Below, in pieces: positions 1 to 11,198 of a stretch of 64,000 bases of DNA. A program made the position numbers and the translations under genes. The stretch spans positions 248,001 through 312,000 of the forward strand of contig RHPI01000638.1 of the NCBI GenBank assembly GCA_009103225.1, given 5' to 3'. The notes beneath the pieces are model-generated. The model was not told the origin of the DNA and made no database searches. It was given only the letters and a program-made list of their open reading frames with translations. The DNA comes from Chlorokybus atmophyticus. Lineage: Eukaryota > Plantae > Mesostigma and Chlorokybus algae. Positions within the stretch are counted from its first letter, which is position 1. Each line of letters begins with the position of its first letter.

Positions 1-262
1 AGTAGGTCGTTGGTCAGATTGATCGTGACCTACACCTCTGGCGGCGCTTGCAATGCTCACTTTGCGGGGTAGTGGAGGGTTCAGGGGCTATACAGTATAT
101 AGCACACACAGAACCGCATTTGCCTTATCTTGCTTGCCCTACCTCTGCTGCTTGTCCAAGGACTGAACCTCGCTTACAGGTATGATGACGTTGGTGACTG
201 TTGTTGCCTCCTGCATTAAACTTTCATTGCACGTAAGCGCAACAGAAGGGTAGGTGAAAGCC

Positions 263-642
263 TGTAACAACCATCTCGGCCATGGTAGCAAAAGTCGCTA
301 CCATGAGAGAAGGCGCAACGGTTTTATGATTTATCAATAAGCACGGCGTTATATTCCTCCCGGTCTTAACCTGCGGCTGACAACCACGTCCCGTGTACAA
401 CAGAGCAGTCTTTACAGGACTACATACTAGCCAAATACCATAGCCGCGCGACTAGGCGCGCAGCCGCATGCGGAGCGACCCGCACGTTTGGCCTCAATAA
501 CTGAAAGCATAAGCACAATCGCCTTTCTCATCCATCCGCACGAAGTGAGAGTCAAACCTGTGCCCCAAGCTCGCGATATTACTGTAACAACCATCTTGGC
601 CATGGTAGCAAAAGTCGCTACTTTATTAGGCACGGCGTTACA
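263..642 (-). mobile_element. Miniature non-autonomous LTR element (TRIM-like), decayed
   Basis: Direct repeats 263-353 and 583-642 (TGTAACAACCATCT.GGCCATGGTAGCAAAAGTCGCTAC...GCACGGCGTTA(T/C)A; ~31-bp indel). Flanks AAGCC/AGGCC match a 5-bp TSD at 4/5. Minus-strand polypurine tract at 354-360 and a degenerate PBS-like sequence just left of 583. Confidence 0.7.
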
Positions 643-2273
643 AGGCCCCCGGTATAATGAATTGTGCTCGCTGACCAAGCATAGGCACAAAGGGGCCCTT
701 TATCTGCTGTATGTTTGGGCATTAAGCATGTTCGTGTGGACAACTGATTATGACATATATGATATGCTGGTTATTGGGTCTATAATATCAAGAATAAAGT
801 TCAATATAGTGACAAGTCATGAGGCATTACCATGAATGTGCATTGGAAGGCAGCAAGGGAGAGTACATGAGAAGGGGCGTTGCCAACAGTGTGAGGATAT
901 TCAACTGTTGTGTGTGGAGTGCCTAACATACTTGTGTAAGGGGCCCTTGAAAGGGTGAAGCTGTGTGCACGTGGGTAAGATTTGATAAGTGCTGCAGCTG
1001 GTTGACCAAGCTATCTGCTACACTTGGGCCTGTAAGTCTATGGCAGGCGTCATAGTTTTATTAGAGCCGCTTGCTGTACAGCAACATGTTCAAGTAACAA
1101 TGGGTTGTTGTTGGTTGATACTATTGTACATACATGTAAATGTTTTCTTCCTCCGGTACAATGCAATTGTATGTATATTATGCATACTATGCATATGCAA
1201 CTTTGTATGTCACATAACCAATGCATAACGTGACAAGATAAGGATGTGTGTATGGAAGTGGGTATGATATCATGTCGATGTTTGTGGTTAACACGTAAAT
1301 CTACCACACACAATGTTCTCGCGCATGCTTGTGCCCCTTATGTTTTTTTCAAGCTAATCTTCGTTATTTGCGCTGTTGAGCAGCGTATGTTTTACATTAC
1401 ACCGCCAGTAACATATTCACATTGTACGCACAAGTCTTACATGTACAATGTGTACAACCGGTTCCAAACGATGCTAGCTATAGCAAACTTGGTTGCTGTG
1501 ACAAGAATATTGGATACTGATGCTATGACATATTTGCAAAGGGCTAGCTCAAGGTAAGCATCCATTATATGCGGACGATAGTGCGACAATTTGCAATCGA
1601 TACAATAAATAAAGTGCAATAGATTCAAACACTGCATGCGACTGATACTGATTAAAAACAGAATAAGCCTTACAACGTGTTATTGCCCAAAGTATATGTC
1701 GTACAGTACCTGTACAGTTATGAACAAGTGCTTGTTATAGCTCACTTAATGGGATGAAGCTGGTACGCCTATTAGTTGATCATTTCAAAGCGAATTGCGC
1801 ATATGTGTTGGTCATGTTTATGTCATGCACATATTAACATTATGCATGTTATGATAGTACTGTTGCATATCCGCTGTTTTATAATAGCTAATGATAGCTA
1901 ATGTACACGAGCATTGTTACATCGTCGTGATGCCTTAATATATGTATTGAGATTGAATGGAAACGTCGATCATGACACATGTGTTTGTTAGGTTGCAAAT
2001 TATGATTGTTAATCACAATGTACACAGAGTATGTTCAGGTGAAGCCATACACCATTGCACTTGAATCAATTGAAGACATGTACCGCCATTGCAGGACTTG
2101 CCGTTCACTTTGTTGCTTGCATTAGAATTGCATGTTGCCATCATGTTGGTCGTCATAAACAGATGGCACTCCAAAACAAGTCGTCCTTCGGTGCAATCAC
2201 CACACGATTGAGAACAAAACAACTACTTGCAGAGGTCAATCGATAACTTGAAATTTCAAGTTGCAAGTTCGCG

Positions 2274-2282
2274 TTAGGGTTT
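2274..2282 (-). promoter_or_regulatory. Telo-box (AAACCCTAA) upstream of the SANT gene
   Basis: TTAGGGTTT immediately 5' of the first visible exon. A short motif, so it could be chance. Confidence 0.3.
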
Positions 2283-2293
2283 GACTTTGACAC

Positions 2294-5008
2294 GTGGCGG
2301 GAGGCCAGCTGGCAGGGCGGCGGCGGCGGCAGCAGGGACCTGGCGGCAGTAGCTTGCACACTCAGACACGACAGCGGATCGCCCTCACTAAGTCTGAAGA
2401 GTACGGGTACTACGACTGTGCTCAGGTCAAGCTGTCAGCAGGTTTGCAGCTGTTTCAGGAAACATACAGGCAAGCATGCTGCCAGCTGGAAGACCCCGTC
2501 ACTGGCCTTCTCATTAGTAAGGTAAGCTTGCCATCTGTATTAGTGTTGTTCTCTGCTTGTCAACACCCATGCAAGCAGTCAACGCATGCGTCGATGACCC
2601 AGGTATGCCCAGGATGGGACTTCGCGTTGCGGCGTCGTCGCCCTCAACGTTGAGGTCGCAGACTAGGATTGGGGACTTGTACCAGGCGACTAATTTACCA
2701 GACGCTGCTCATGTCTGCGCTTGCCGCTCCGGACGTCTCGATAATGAGGCGCAGCAGCTTCCACGGCCACTGTCCGACGAAGCCAAGGCCATGGTAAGCG
2801 CCGCATGTTGTGCTTCCATGCCCAATAGGTTGCGACATGTGCAGCGCGTTGTAAGGTTAAGCACAGTGGGTCTAGCTTGGTATTAGTTAAACCAACATGA
2901 GAGGTTCGGGCTAATACATGCCCCGGGACTCGTTGACAACTTTGGGTCTTCGATGCGCTTGTGTGATGTCTAAACGCAGCTCACACATGATTGCATATGT
3001 TTGCGCTTGAAAGTGAGGCCCTGGGTGGAAGCCGTTGTCCAAACAACAGCTCGATGTTGTCAATAACTCATTTGCATGCAACGCCTGCAACGTGCTTGAA
3101 TGTATTCGTGCAGGATCCTCCGCTTTCGCATTGGGAGGACTTTGAGGAGCGAGCGTTTTTAGTCGGCATGCGCTTGTTTGGCAAGGACTTTGACGACATC
3201 CATTCGCTGGTGCCAACAAAGTCCACAGCTGAGCTGGTGCAGTACTATTACCAGCGGTTCAAGTTCTCCGGGGCGTATGTTGCCTGGAAAGTGCGCGAGC
3301 ATGAGGTTGCCGGGCGCCTTTGCAGACATTGCAGGCGATGGGGGTGCACGCGACTAACGTGTGGACACCATCAGGTGTGTGCCCAGCCTTACGTCATGTT
3401 GCGTGCATATTAGCAGTGGGTAGCGCTCTACTGTACAAGTCACGTCTGCAATAAGCAGTAATGCAAATTGAAGTTGTCACACTTGTGATAAATTTCAAGC
3501 CGTCAGTATGCTTTAGTCTAGGTGGTCATTATAGACTGCTCAATGCCTCAATGCCTTGTGTCTTAAGCAAGTAATGGTAATCCGAAATCTGCTGCAGGCT
3601 GCGTTGTTTATAGACTTGGTTCGGAGATGTGGATTTCACGACGCTCCTGCAAAGCTGCAAGAGGCATCCAAGCAGTTGGCTTCCAGGCAGTTAGAGTTTG
3701 ATGTATTTATGAAGCAAGTTACTCAGGCTGTGGGCTTGCGCGTGTTGGTTGACAGCATTGCTGCCATGTCTTCTGAACCTGACACCGACAGCGAGTCTGA
3801 CAAGGATACTCCGGTACCAGCGGCGTTGCGTGATTCATGCTGTTGCTTAATTGACATGTTGCAGCATGCCTGAGGCAACTGCTGTTGCAGGCCACCACTA
3901 TTGAAGAAGTGGAGCAAAAGTTGCAATGTGGAGAAAGCCGTGCCAGTGTGTTCTGGAATCACGTGTGGCCGCGACTGAGCAAAGCTGGTTGGCACCACGA
4001 GGCAGGCAGGAGGCCAACAGACAAGTTTTTCTTCCCGCCTGGCATTCAGCGAGGCATGCCAGGGGTGCGAAACCGCCACGAGTACTTTGACGCAATATCG
4101 CCCATTATGAGCATGCTGCAGCAGCCAGACTCTCCCGCCACGCGTGATTTCCACAGAGGCTGCGAGTTGATGGCTCCAAGACGCAGAGACACGTTGTTGT
4201 CCCCGCGAAGGATTGGTGCACAAACGGCGAACGGTGATGTCCCTTCCGCGCCGGTGCCTGATATCTCACGGCTTGTTGAGTCTGCAGCCCAAGCAGTCCT
4301 GCGCAGTGACTTGATAGGGGTTGAGCCCACACCAGGCGGCTCGCAACGGTGGCGTGCATTTGTGCAATCGGCTGATGAATCCGCCCCCCCCATTGAGCTG
4401 GGGGACTTTGCATCGCGTGCAGAAGCTGCTGCTGCACGCGACATTTTGGCGCTGGTCCTTCATGGGTTGAGTTGCGCACGCAACTTCAACTACACGTATA
4501 GTCAGGTGTGCTGCGTGTTGCATGACAGTAAGCGTCCATGCTGTTGGCCTGTGCATCGGGGCACGTTGTCACAGGCAGGTTATTAATGCCCACTAATGCA
4601 TTGCAGCATGACCAGGAACTTGAAGCTTTGCGAAATCTTACAGTTGATGAGTTGGTATCGCATATCAAGCTCACTGCTGGAGCCAGACTCCCCCCGGCGC
4701 CTGTTGCGAAACAGGAAAGCAGTGTACCCAAGGCTCGAGCCCTTCCATCAGAAGAGCGTAAGTCGCCCGCGCGGCTCGCTGAGCCCTCGCTTGTTGAAGA
4801 GGACACCGTTTCAAACAGAAGGCCTGACTTACACAAGGAGCGCGTGTTGACTGCCTCGCTCAAGCAAAATGCGCCCACAGCCCCAACACAGCCACTCATA
4901 CAGCGGATACGAGCGGAGGCAAGGGCAAAAAGGCAAACCCTGACTGTTGACATTGAGGGTCACACTCAGCATGACCCGCAAGAAAAGAGATTGAAAGTGA
5001 CCACGTAG
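2294..5008 (+). CDS. Multi-exon ELM2-like/SANT-domain chromatin protein resembling plant SANT1-4 (At1g09040/At1g55050-like), with an extra AP2-like segment; start codon not located
   Basis: Exons encode TRIGDLYQATNLP (ELM2-like PRVG..YQ), WEDFEERAFLVGMRLFGKDFDDIHSLVPTKSTAELVQYYY (SANT), EASKQLASRQLEFDVFMKQVTQAVGLRVLVDSIA and VFWNHVWPRLSKAGWHHE (blocks I recognise from this plant family). GT-AG junctions near 2520/2660, 2792/3112, 3812/3891 and 4505; stop at 5008. Confidence 0.75.
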
Positions 5009-6059
5009 CATAGCACTCAAGTGAGTATTGGTCCATTGAGGAGTATTGCAGTACCTGCATGTGCCGCACATTGGCGGTCTTAAGCATCCAGTAACTTGTG
5101 CAGTTTGTCTACAGTGATGTGCAATCAAGACGTGTTTGGTTTGCATGTCATTGCAGTTGGAGAACATCATAGTGCACAGGCCAAGTGCGTGCTTATAGAC
5201 AGTTAGCAGTTGCATGCAATCACCAGTAACAATCACCAAGCTGAACCACTGATGGGCTGGCCCAAGCCCCTAACAAACCCCGAGTGCATGTACTACGTCA
5301 CCGCGGCAACTTGCTTCAGTTTGTTCTCCTGGTCCTGGGTGCTCAGCGAACGGCCAGTACCCATGGTCGTTGCTGCTTCTGCCAGCGACAGTGCATGCAA
5401 GTTGCCAGCGACTGCTTACCGGGTGCATGCTTGCAACAATATCCCACAGGCATCCAAACCATTGGAGCACACCGTTGTTGCAACCTGGCCCCACTATTAG
5501 CTGTACAGACAAATCACACCAGCCTATGTTAAAGGTTTAGGTTGTTGAAGGTACATGTATAGGCGGCGCCTACATGTAGTTGGTACGGTCAGCTTAATCT
5601 TAATACTTACGGGAGTTACAGGAGTTACGGCAGTTATGGTCAACCATGGTCAACTTTGACTTTGATCAAAGGCTTTGACTGTTGACTAGTGTAGATTTAA
5701 CTAGTGCTTAGTAACACAATATATAAGACACTGTATACTGCTCAATACAGTGGGTCGCACATTGTCTCTGTAGTTGGTGTACTTGCTGCACTTGTCCTTA
5801 GTGTGTGCACACTTGTATGTGAGAGGCGCATACACACACACTAGGCGCATCACTAGTTCTCAACAACCAACAAGTGCGCGTGGTCTCATGTCAAATCGAA
5901 CAACATGCTGTGGGTAAACAACAGGGTTGCTAGCTGTAGCCTGTAAGCGCTTCACCGCTTATGTTTGGGTGGACATTTGCGCGCAGTTGCGTGGTATACA
6001 GACCCCCGTAATACAACAACACTACTCATGTACAATATGCACGAAGTTTAAAGAGGTGG

Positions 6060-6820
6060 TTTGTCCTTGCGACGCATCGCGCTTGCTACAACTAATAGGG
6101 TAGTCCCGGAGGGAGTGTTCAATGCATAGCACGGGGCCAAACAGTACTCTGCCCAATGTCATGTCGCGCTTAAACTGAACCTCAATGATTCTCTGCATGT
6201 TATCGCAAAGAGCCTTCGAGGACGAGGAGCATAACTAAAACACTTCATAACCCACGGGTAGCTGTGGCGTCGGGAGCTGCCAGCAGCGGACGCGCGCCAG
6301 GATACCATTGCTTATGGCCACTTTGGGAAGGTCAAAGTTAGCTTGCGTCAGGAATGTGTCAATTGCACGGTACCTGTCTCCTAATTGTAAGCCAGCGCCG
6401 ATATCCGTCACCAGGTGGTGATTGAGGAAAACTCCTACCCCTGCCGGTTGATGACATTGTATAGGGGTCCGTGTGTTGGCAACCAACATGAGCTTCATAC
6501 CACCTCCGCCGCGGGGGTCATTGTGCAAAACAGCAAGTAGTCATTGTCAAGATTTTTATATGGCAGGGCGCTGAACAACTTGTAGCAGCCATGCACGCAC
6601 TCCATAACGCCGTTGAATGATGGCTAGCGTCGTCGGTAACATGCACTCTGCACGGCAAAAGCCATTTGTCTCCACGCCCTATTGACGCATTTTGCAGCAG
6701 CCCAACCTTTGCAGTCGTAAAGTCAAATATCACTCACAGGTTTTTATCTTCCAACACTTGCACGTGAGGGGTGACACCAACGCCTCGAATCCGCATCATT
6801 AACATGGATGCCGCTAACAT
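6060..6820 (-). pseudogene. Decayed F-box-like family gene, copy A
   Basis: Nucleotide and translated similarity to 15310-16123 (e.g. ...GGCTGCTACAAG..., AAGTTAGCTTGC, GCACGGTA). The reading frame is broken by stops and frameshifts. Confidence 0.5.
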
Positions 6821-7503
6821 CACTTGATATCACACAAAATGTTTATATATGGCATCTCACAAGAGTAGTACTACAAAGAACACACTTCATGGCATGTGCG
6901 AACCGCTGAAAACAAGCACTGTTCGGAGCGCTATTGAGTTGCATGCAATATCAAGCTGCTGCACCGTTGCTTGAATTCACCGCGTAATTGCTAAGCAACT
7001 TTGCGCATCCAGAACAGGCAGCCCATGGACAGAGCAAGTTAAAACATACAATGCAGGTTGTCTTACAATGAAGAGCTTGCGGCGTCAACAGCATTTCCTT
7101 GGATAGGTTACGTGTCGTTGTCTTTGAAATTATCTTTGCTGAGACACTGGCTGTATACTTCTGAACGCAATGCACGCATTGTGCTGGCCATACCTCTGCG
7201 CACATCATGATTGCAGGACCGCTGCTGCATGCAATCACATTAGCAATCAGCTGTCAGATCACTCACTGTGGGGTTGTTGGAAGGTTTCATTGTAAATGTT
7301 GCGCTGGTTGTGTGTGGTAGACCTAACGCTTATAGGCAATCGGCGCGACTAAGTTACGCAGGCTGCGGCAGCTTGCATGAAAGCAGCAAGAGCGTGAAGT
7401 CTGTCTATCTTGCATGCTGCGCCATGGGCCCTCTGCACCGCCTCCGCCTCCGCCTTCTTCTCCAACCCCCGTCTTCCTGGTCGTGGTCATTGTGGTCCTT
7501 ACT

Positions 7504-8565
7504 TGTAACGGGAAGGTACATTGAATTACCACAAATCGGCCATAAAAGCACCAAGTCTTTTGTGGTCGAGTGGGCTGTGACATTGGTCATCGGAGCTTGA
7601 GACCCGGGTTTGATTCCTGCCTTGCACACGAATTCCGCGGTCGTTGTTTCTCGATCCAATAACATCGTAAATGGTCACTTTATGAGTGCCATCATCGATG
7701 GGTCGCGACTTGCCTAATGGCAGTCGCGCCGAACTGACCAGTTCAGTCGGCGCGGCAGAGCGCGACCTGCCTATTGCGGCGACGCGACCTGTGGGGCCGG
7801 CAGCGGCGCGCTATGCGCGCGCTGACCGGTATGGGCCTCGATAGGTTGCGACTTGCCTAATGGCAGTCGCGTCGGACTGACCAGTTCAGTCGGCGCGGCA
7901 GGACGCGACTTGCCTGTCGCGATGCGACCTGTGGGGCCGGCAGCGGTGCGCTATGCGTTGACCGGTATGGGCCTAAATTGGCCGGTCCTTGGGTGGTGGG
8001 GCCGGTAACCGACCCTAAATCAGACCCCTGGGAAGATGCCCCAGCTGATTGGCGCCAGCTGCCGAGGACGTCAGCGTTCTTAAGTGGGGCCGATAGGCAG
8101 GTCGCGCTCTGCCGCGCCGAACTGATCAGTTCAGTTGGCGCGGCAGAGCGCGACCTGCCTATCGCGGCGACGCGACCTGTGAGGCCGGTAGCGGCGCGCT
8201 ATGCGCGCGCTGACCGGTATGGGCCTCGATAGGTTGCGACTTGCCAAATGGCAGTCGCGTCGGACTGACCAGTTCAGTCGGTACGGCAGGACGCGACCTG
8301 CCTGTCGCGATGCGACCTGTGGGGCCGGCAGCGGTGCGCTATGCGCGCGTTGACCGGTATGGGCCTAAATTGGCCAGTCCTTAGGTGGTGGGGCCGGTGA
8401 CCAACCCTAAATCAGACCCCTGGAAAGATTCCCCAGCTGATGGGCGCCAGCTGCCGAGGACGTCAGCGTTCTTAAGTGGGGGGGAATGTAACGGGAAGGT
8501 ACATTAAATTACCACAAATCGACCATAAAAGCACCAAGTCTTTTGTGGTCGAGTGGGCTGTGACA
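7504..8565 (+). mobile_element. TRIM-like non-autonomous LTR retroelement with 79-bp LTRs
   Basis: LTRs 7504-7582 and 8487-8565 (TGTAAC...GTGACA, 2 mismatches). Perfect TSD TTACT on both sides. PBS-like TGGTCATCGGAGC after the 5' LTR and PPT AAGTGGGGGGGAA before the 3' LTR. Non-coding, internally duplicated interior. Confidence 0.9.
8092..8163. repeat. Perfect 27-bp inverted repeat (hairpin) at the junction of an internal ~365-bp duplication
   Basis: GATAGGCAGGTCGCGCTCTGCCGCGCC ... GGCGCGGCAGAGCGCGACCTGCCTATC are exact reverse complements around an 18-nt centre. Confidence 0.9.
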
Positions 8566-9899
8566 TTACTTCCTTCTCCTGCAAATCCACCGCCGCCGCC
8601 GCTGCTGCCACTACAGCCGCCGCCACAAGCAAACTAACTAGGCGTACTTACCAAGGTTGCTAGTATAAAGGCTTTGTTCCTGTTACTGCCTCGCATATAT
8701 CAATTGCTGATTCAAGCTTAAAGCATGGTGCAAAACATGACAGCACTGTACTCGAGGCTCGATTTTTTTCGTATATATAGCGAGCAGGGCTCGCTGTCAG
8801 CTCAGAGTCCTCGCTTGAACAAGACACCATCTCTAGCTTGAGGTTGACCACGCAGGGTAGGACTCGATTAAGCGTTGTGAGCATTCGCAGGGGTATTGCA
8901 GTGGCTACGTTACGTAGCCTACGTGTGCCACACATTTCGGTTGAAAGCATCCAGTAATTGTGCTCGGGTGCGCAAGTAACCTGTATTGAAGTTGCAGGTC
9001 GCTGCAAGTGTATATCAACACGTTGCCAAGGCAAAATGCTCACGCACAGCACTCACAATTACATTGCAATCATAGTCGCCAAGCGGATCACCACGCGAGC
9101 TGACTAAAACTCCAAAACACGGAGTGCCAGCACTACAACACTATGTCAAACCGTGTATTATCATGGTGCAATTTATTCCTGGGTGCTCTGCTAAGACGGC
9201 TGCAGTTATACTCTCAAGTTGTTGCTGCATGTGTTAGTGACATGGCTTGCAATACTTACAGAGTACACGATGACCACAGTGACTCGCAGGGACGTAACCA
9301 TCAACACATGTGCCGTTGTTGCAAACTGCTTGGTACCGCTAGCTGTACAGACTACTCATGGCAGTGTACAAGCCTGTTGGTCACGTTTTTAACGAGCAAC
9401 ATGCTGTGGGTAAACACACATTGCTAAATGTACATAACGCATGGACACCATCAGGTGCGTGCCTAATCATACTGCATGGATATCAGGCGTGGCTAGCTTG
9501 CAAAGATTCAACACCATCGTCGGGATGCACGCATCTGTGTAGTACCGTAATGACCAGAACTTTACGTATTATTATAGATTATTAAACGCTCTTCAACGTA
9601 ATTTATATTGAGACGCAATATCAGTTTAACGAACTGCTGGGTATACACCGCGGTGGAGCCGCGCATCAGTAGGCGTACAGTATGCATTAATCTGGGGCAA
9701 ATTTGCCAAATATCGCGCGCTTCCTGCTTAATTAACGAAATAGTTGAAACAGGTTATGGGGCGGCATATGAAGCAAAAAATAGTAAGAGATTTCTCAAAA
9801 ATTACATAAAATTCTAGGCACTACGATATATAGGCTGGCAACAACACTCAGTAACGCAGACAACAACACAGTACTATTTGCACATAGTCCACTGCGCTG

Positions 9900-10659
9900 C
9901 TTGTCCTTGCGGCTCTCTCATGGTAGTAAGAATAGCCCGTCAGAGCGCTGGTAAAGCTTTCATCATATGGCATGGGGTAAAAGTGGGCTTTTTCCACCGC
10001 CATGTTTCAGTTAAAGACATACTGTCAAAGTTTCAAATAGGCTGTGACATGAACTTGGATGTAACAATTGGGGCCCGACCACTAGGCTATGGTAGTAAGA
10101 GACATTACCATGAGTGAGGTCTGTCACAACATATCCCAATTTGTGACATTCCTCCCCAATTTAACCCATGTGTTCCTCATAACCCAATCAGGCACTAGCC
10201 CACGTCGCCGTGTTCGCGACCGTACCACGATCGGTCTGCCCGCGGCCTGTATGATCCAGCCCACAAACGGACCTGACCGACTTAACGGCCATCCTCACCG
10301 CGCGACCTGCCATCGCAGCGCATCCGCTCACGCGGCCTTAGGTTGAACTGGCTCAGTGCGCAGGTCGTGATCCCGCGCCGCCCCAAATGTTTTGTTTTTG
10401 CCTTGAATCTGCCTCAGTCCCCTACGAGAATTGAACCTGAGACGTCAAGCTCCGTTACCATTGTAACAGTTGGGGCCCGATCACTAGGCTATGGTAGTAA
10501 AAGACACTACCATCAGTGAGGTCTGTCCCAATTTGTCCCGATTTGTGACACTGGAGGCCTTGGAGATCAACCGGTATGTGACAAAATGTGAGGAGACTGC
10601 CGCTTCCACAATTGCATGAAACAGCGCGTGACCAGCGTGCCATCACTCTTGGCTACATT
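9900..10659 (-). pseudogene. Decayed F-box-like family gene, copy B (3' part only, interrupted by a TRIM)
   Basis: 9970-10059 (CATGGGGTAAAAGTGGGCTTT) and 10551-10659 (CGTGCCATCACTCTTGGC) match 15410-15625 collinearly once the TRIM at 10060-10550 is removed. Confidence 0.45.
10060..10550 (-). mobile_element. TRIM-like non-autonomous LTR retroelement with 89-bp LTRs
   Basis: LTRs 10060-10148 and 10462-10550 (TGTAAC...GTGACA). Flanks TTGGA/CTGGA match a TSD at 4/5. Minus-strand PBS TGGTAACGGAGC next to 10462 and PPT (GGGGAGGAA) next to 10148. Confidence 0.85.
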
Positions 10660-10757
10660 TGTAACATGGGGCCTTACGGACTCGACCATCAAGACCTAGG
10701 TGGGTTCTAAGTTCAAGTCCTTGAGTTTTTAGGCTCATTATTACCCACTTAGTGACA
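10660..10757 (-). mobile_element. Orphan short LTR-like sequence
   Basis: TGTAAC...GTGACA, 98 bp, followed by TTCTCCCCCTTC (a minus-strand PPT), the same layout as the neighbouring TRIMs. No partner LTR found. Confidence 0.45.
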
Positions 10758-11198
10758 ATTCTCCCCCTTCTAGTTATGAGCTTGTCCCCAAGCTCACATT
10801 CTTGTTCATGCACCGCACGCGTCAGCCTTTGTGCGCTGCACAACCCCAATCATTCACTGGTCAGCTCTCTGTCGACGTCACCAGCCGCCGTCCTCTGTCC
10901 ATCGACTTCGTGACTGCGAGCCGAACCTTTTCTATTCAATTCTTGCCGCGCAGTTCATCACGCTGCCGGCCTTTCACAGGTCGACCCGGTCATTTGGCCC
11001 CTCAACTGAGCGCTGCCACTAGTCCCTAGCTGACCTCAGTTCAGAAGGAACGAGGAGGGACGGCAAGAATGCGACGCGGCATGTGAACGACCGCGCGGGA
11101 CAGAATGAACGCGACGCGGCTCGCGCCAGTCGCTCGAACAAGGTCGAGTAAAAGACTACGAAAAAGAACCCTGATAAGAAGTAGCACGGGACGTGCTA

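Noticed and set aside
860-990. Cys-rich RCQQC...CVEC...LC segment resembling a piggyBac C-terminal domain
   Set aside because: Too short and interrupted by stops; no catalytic domain, TIR or TTAA TSD could be supported.
7590-7625. tRNA gene (GACCCGGGTTTGATTCC)
   Set aside because: Only a T-arm-like fragment with no D or anticodon arm; it is part of a TRIM.
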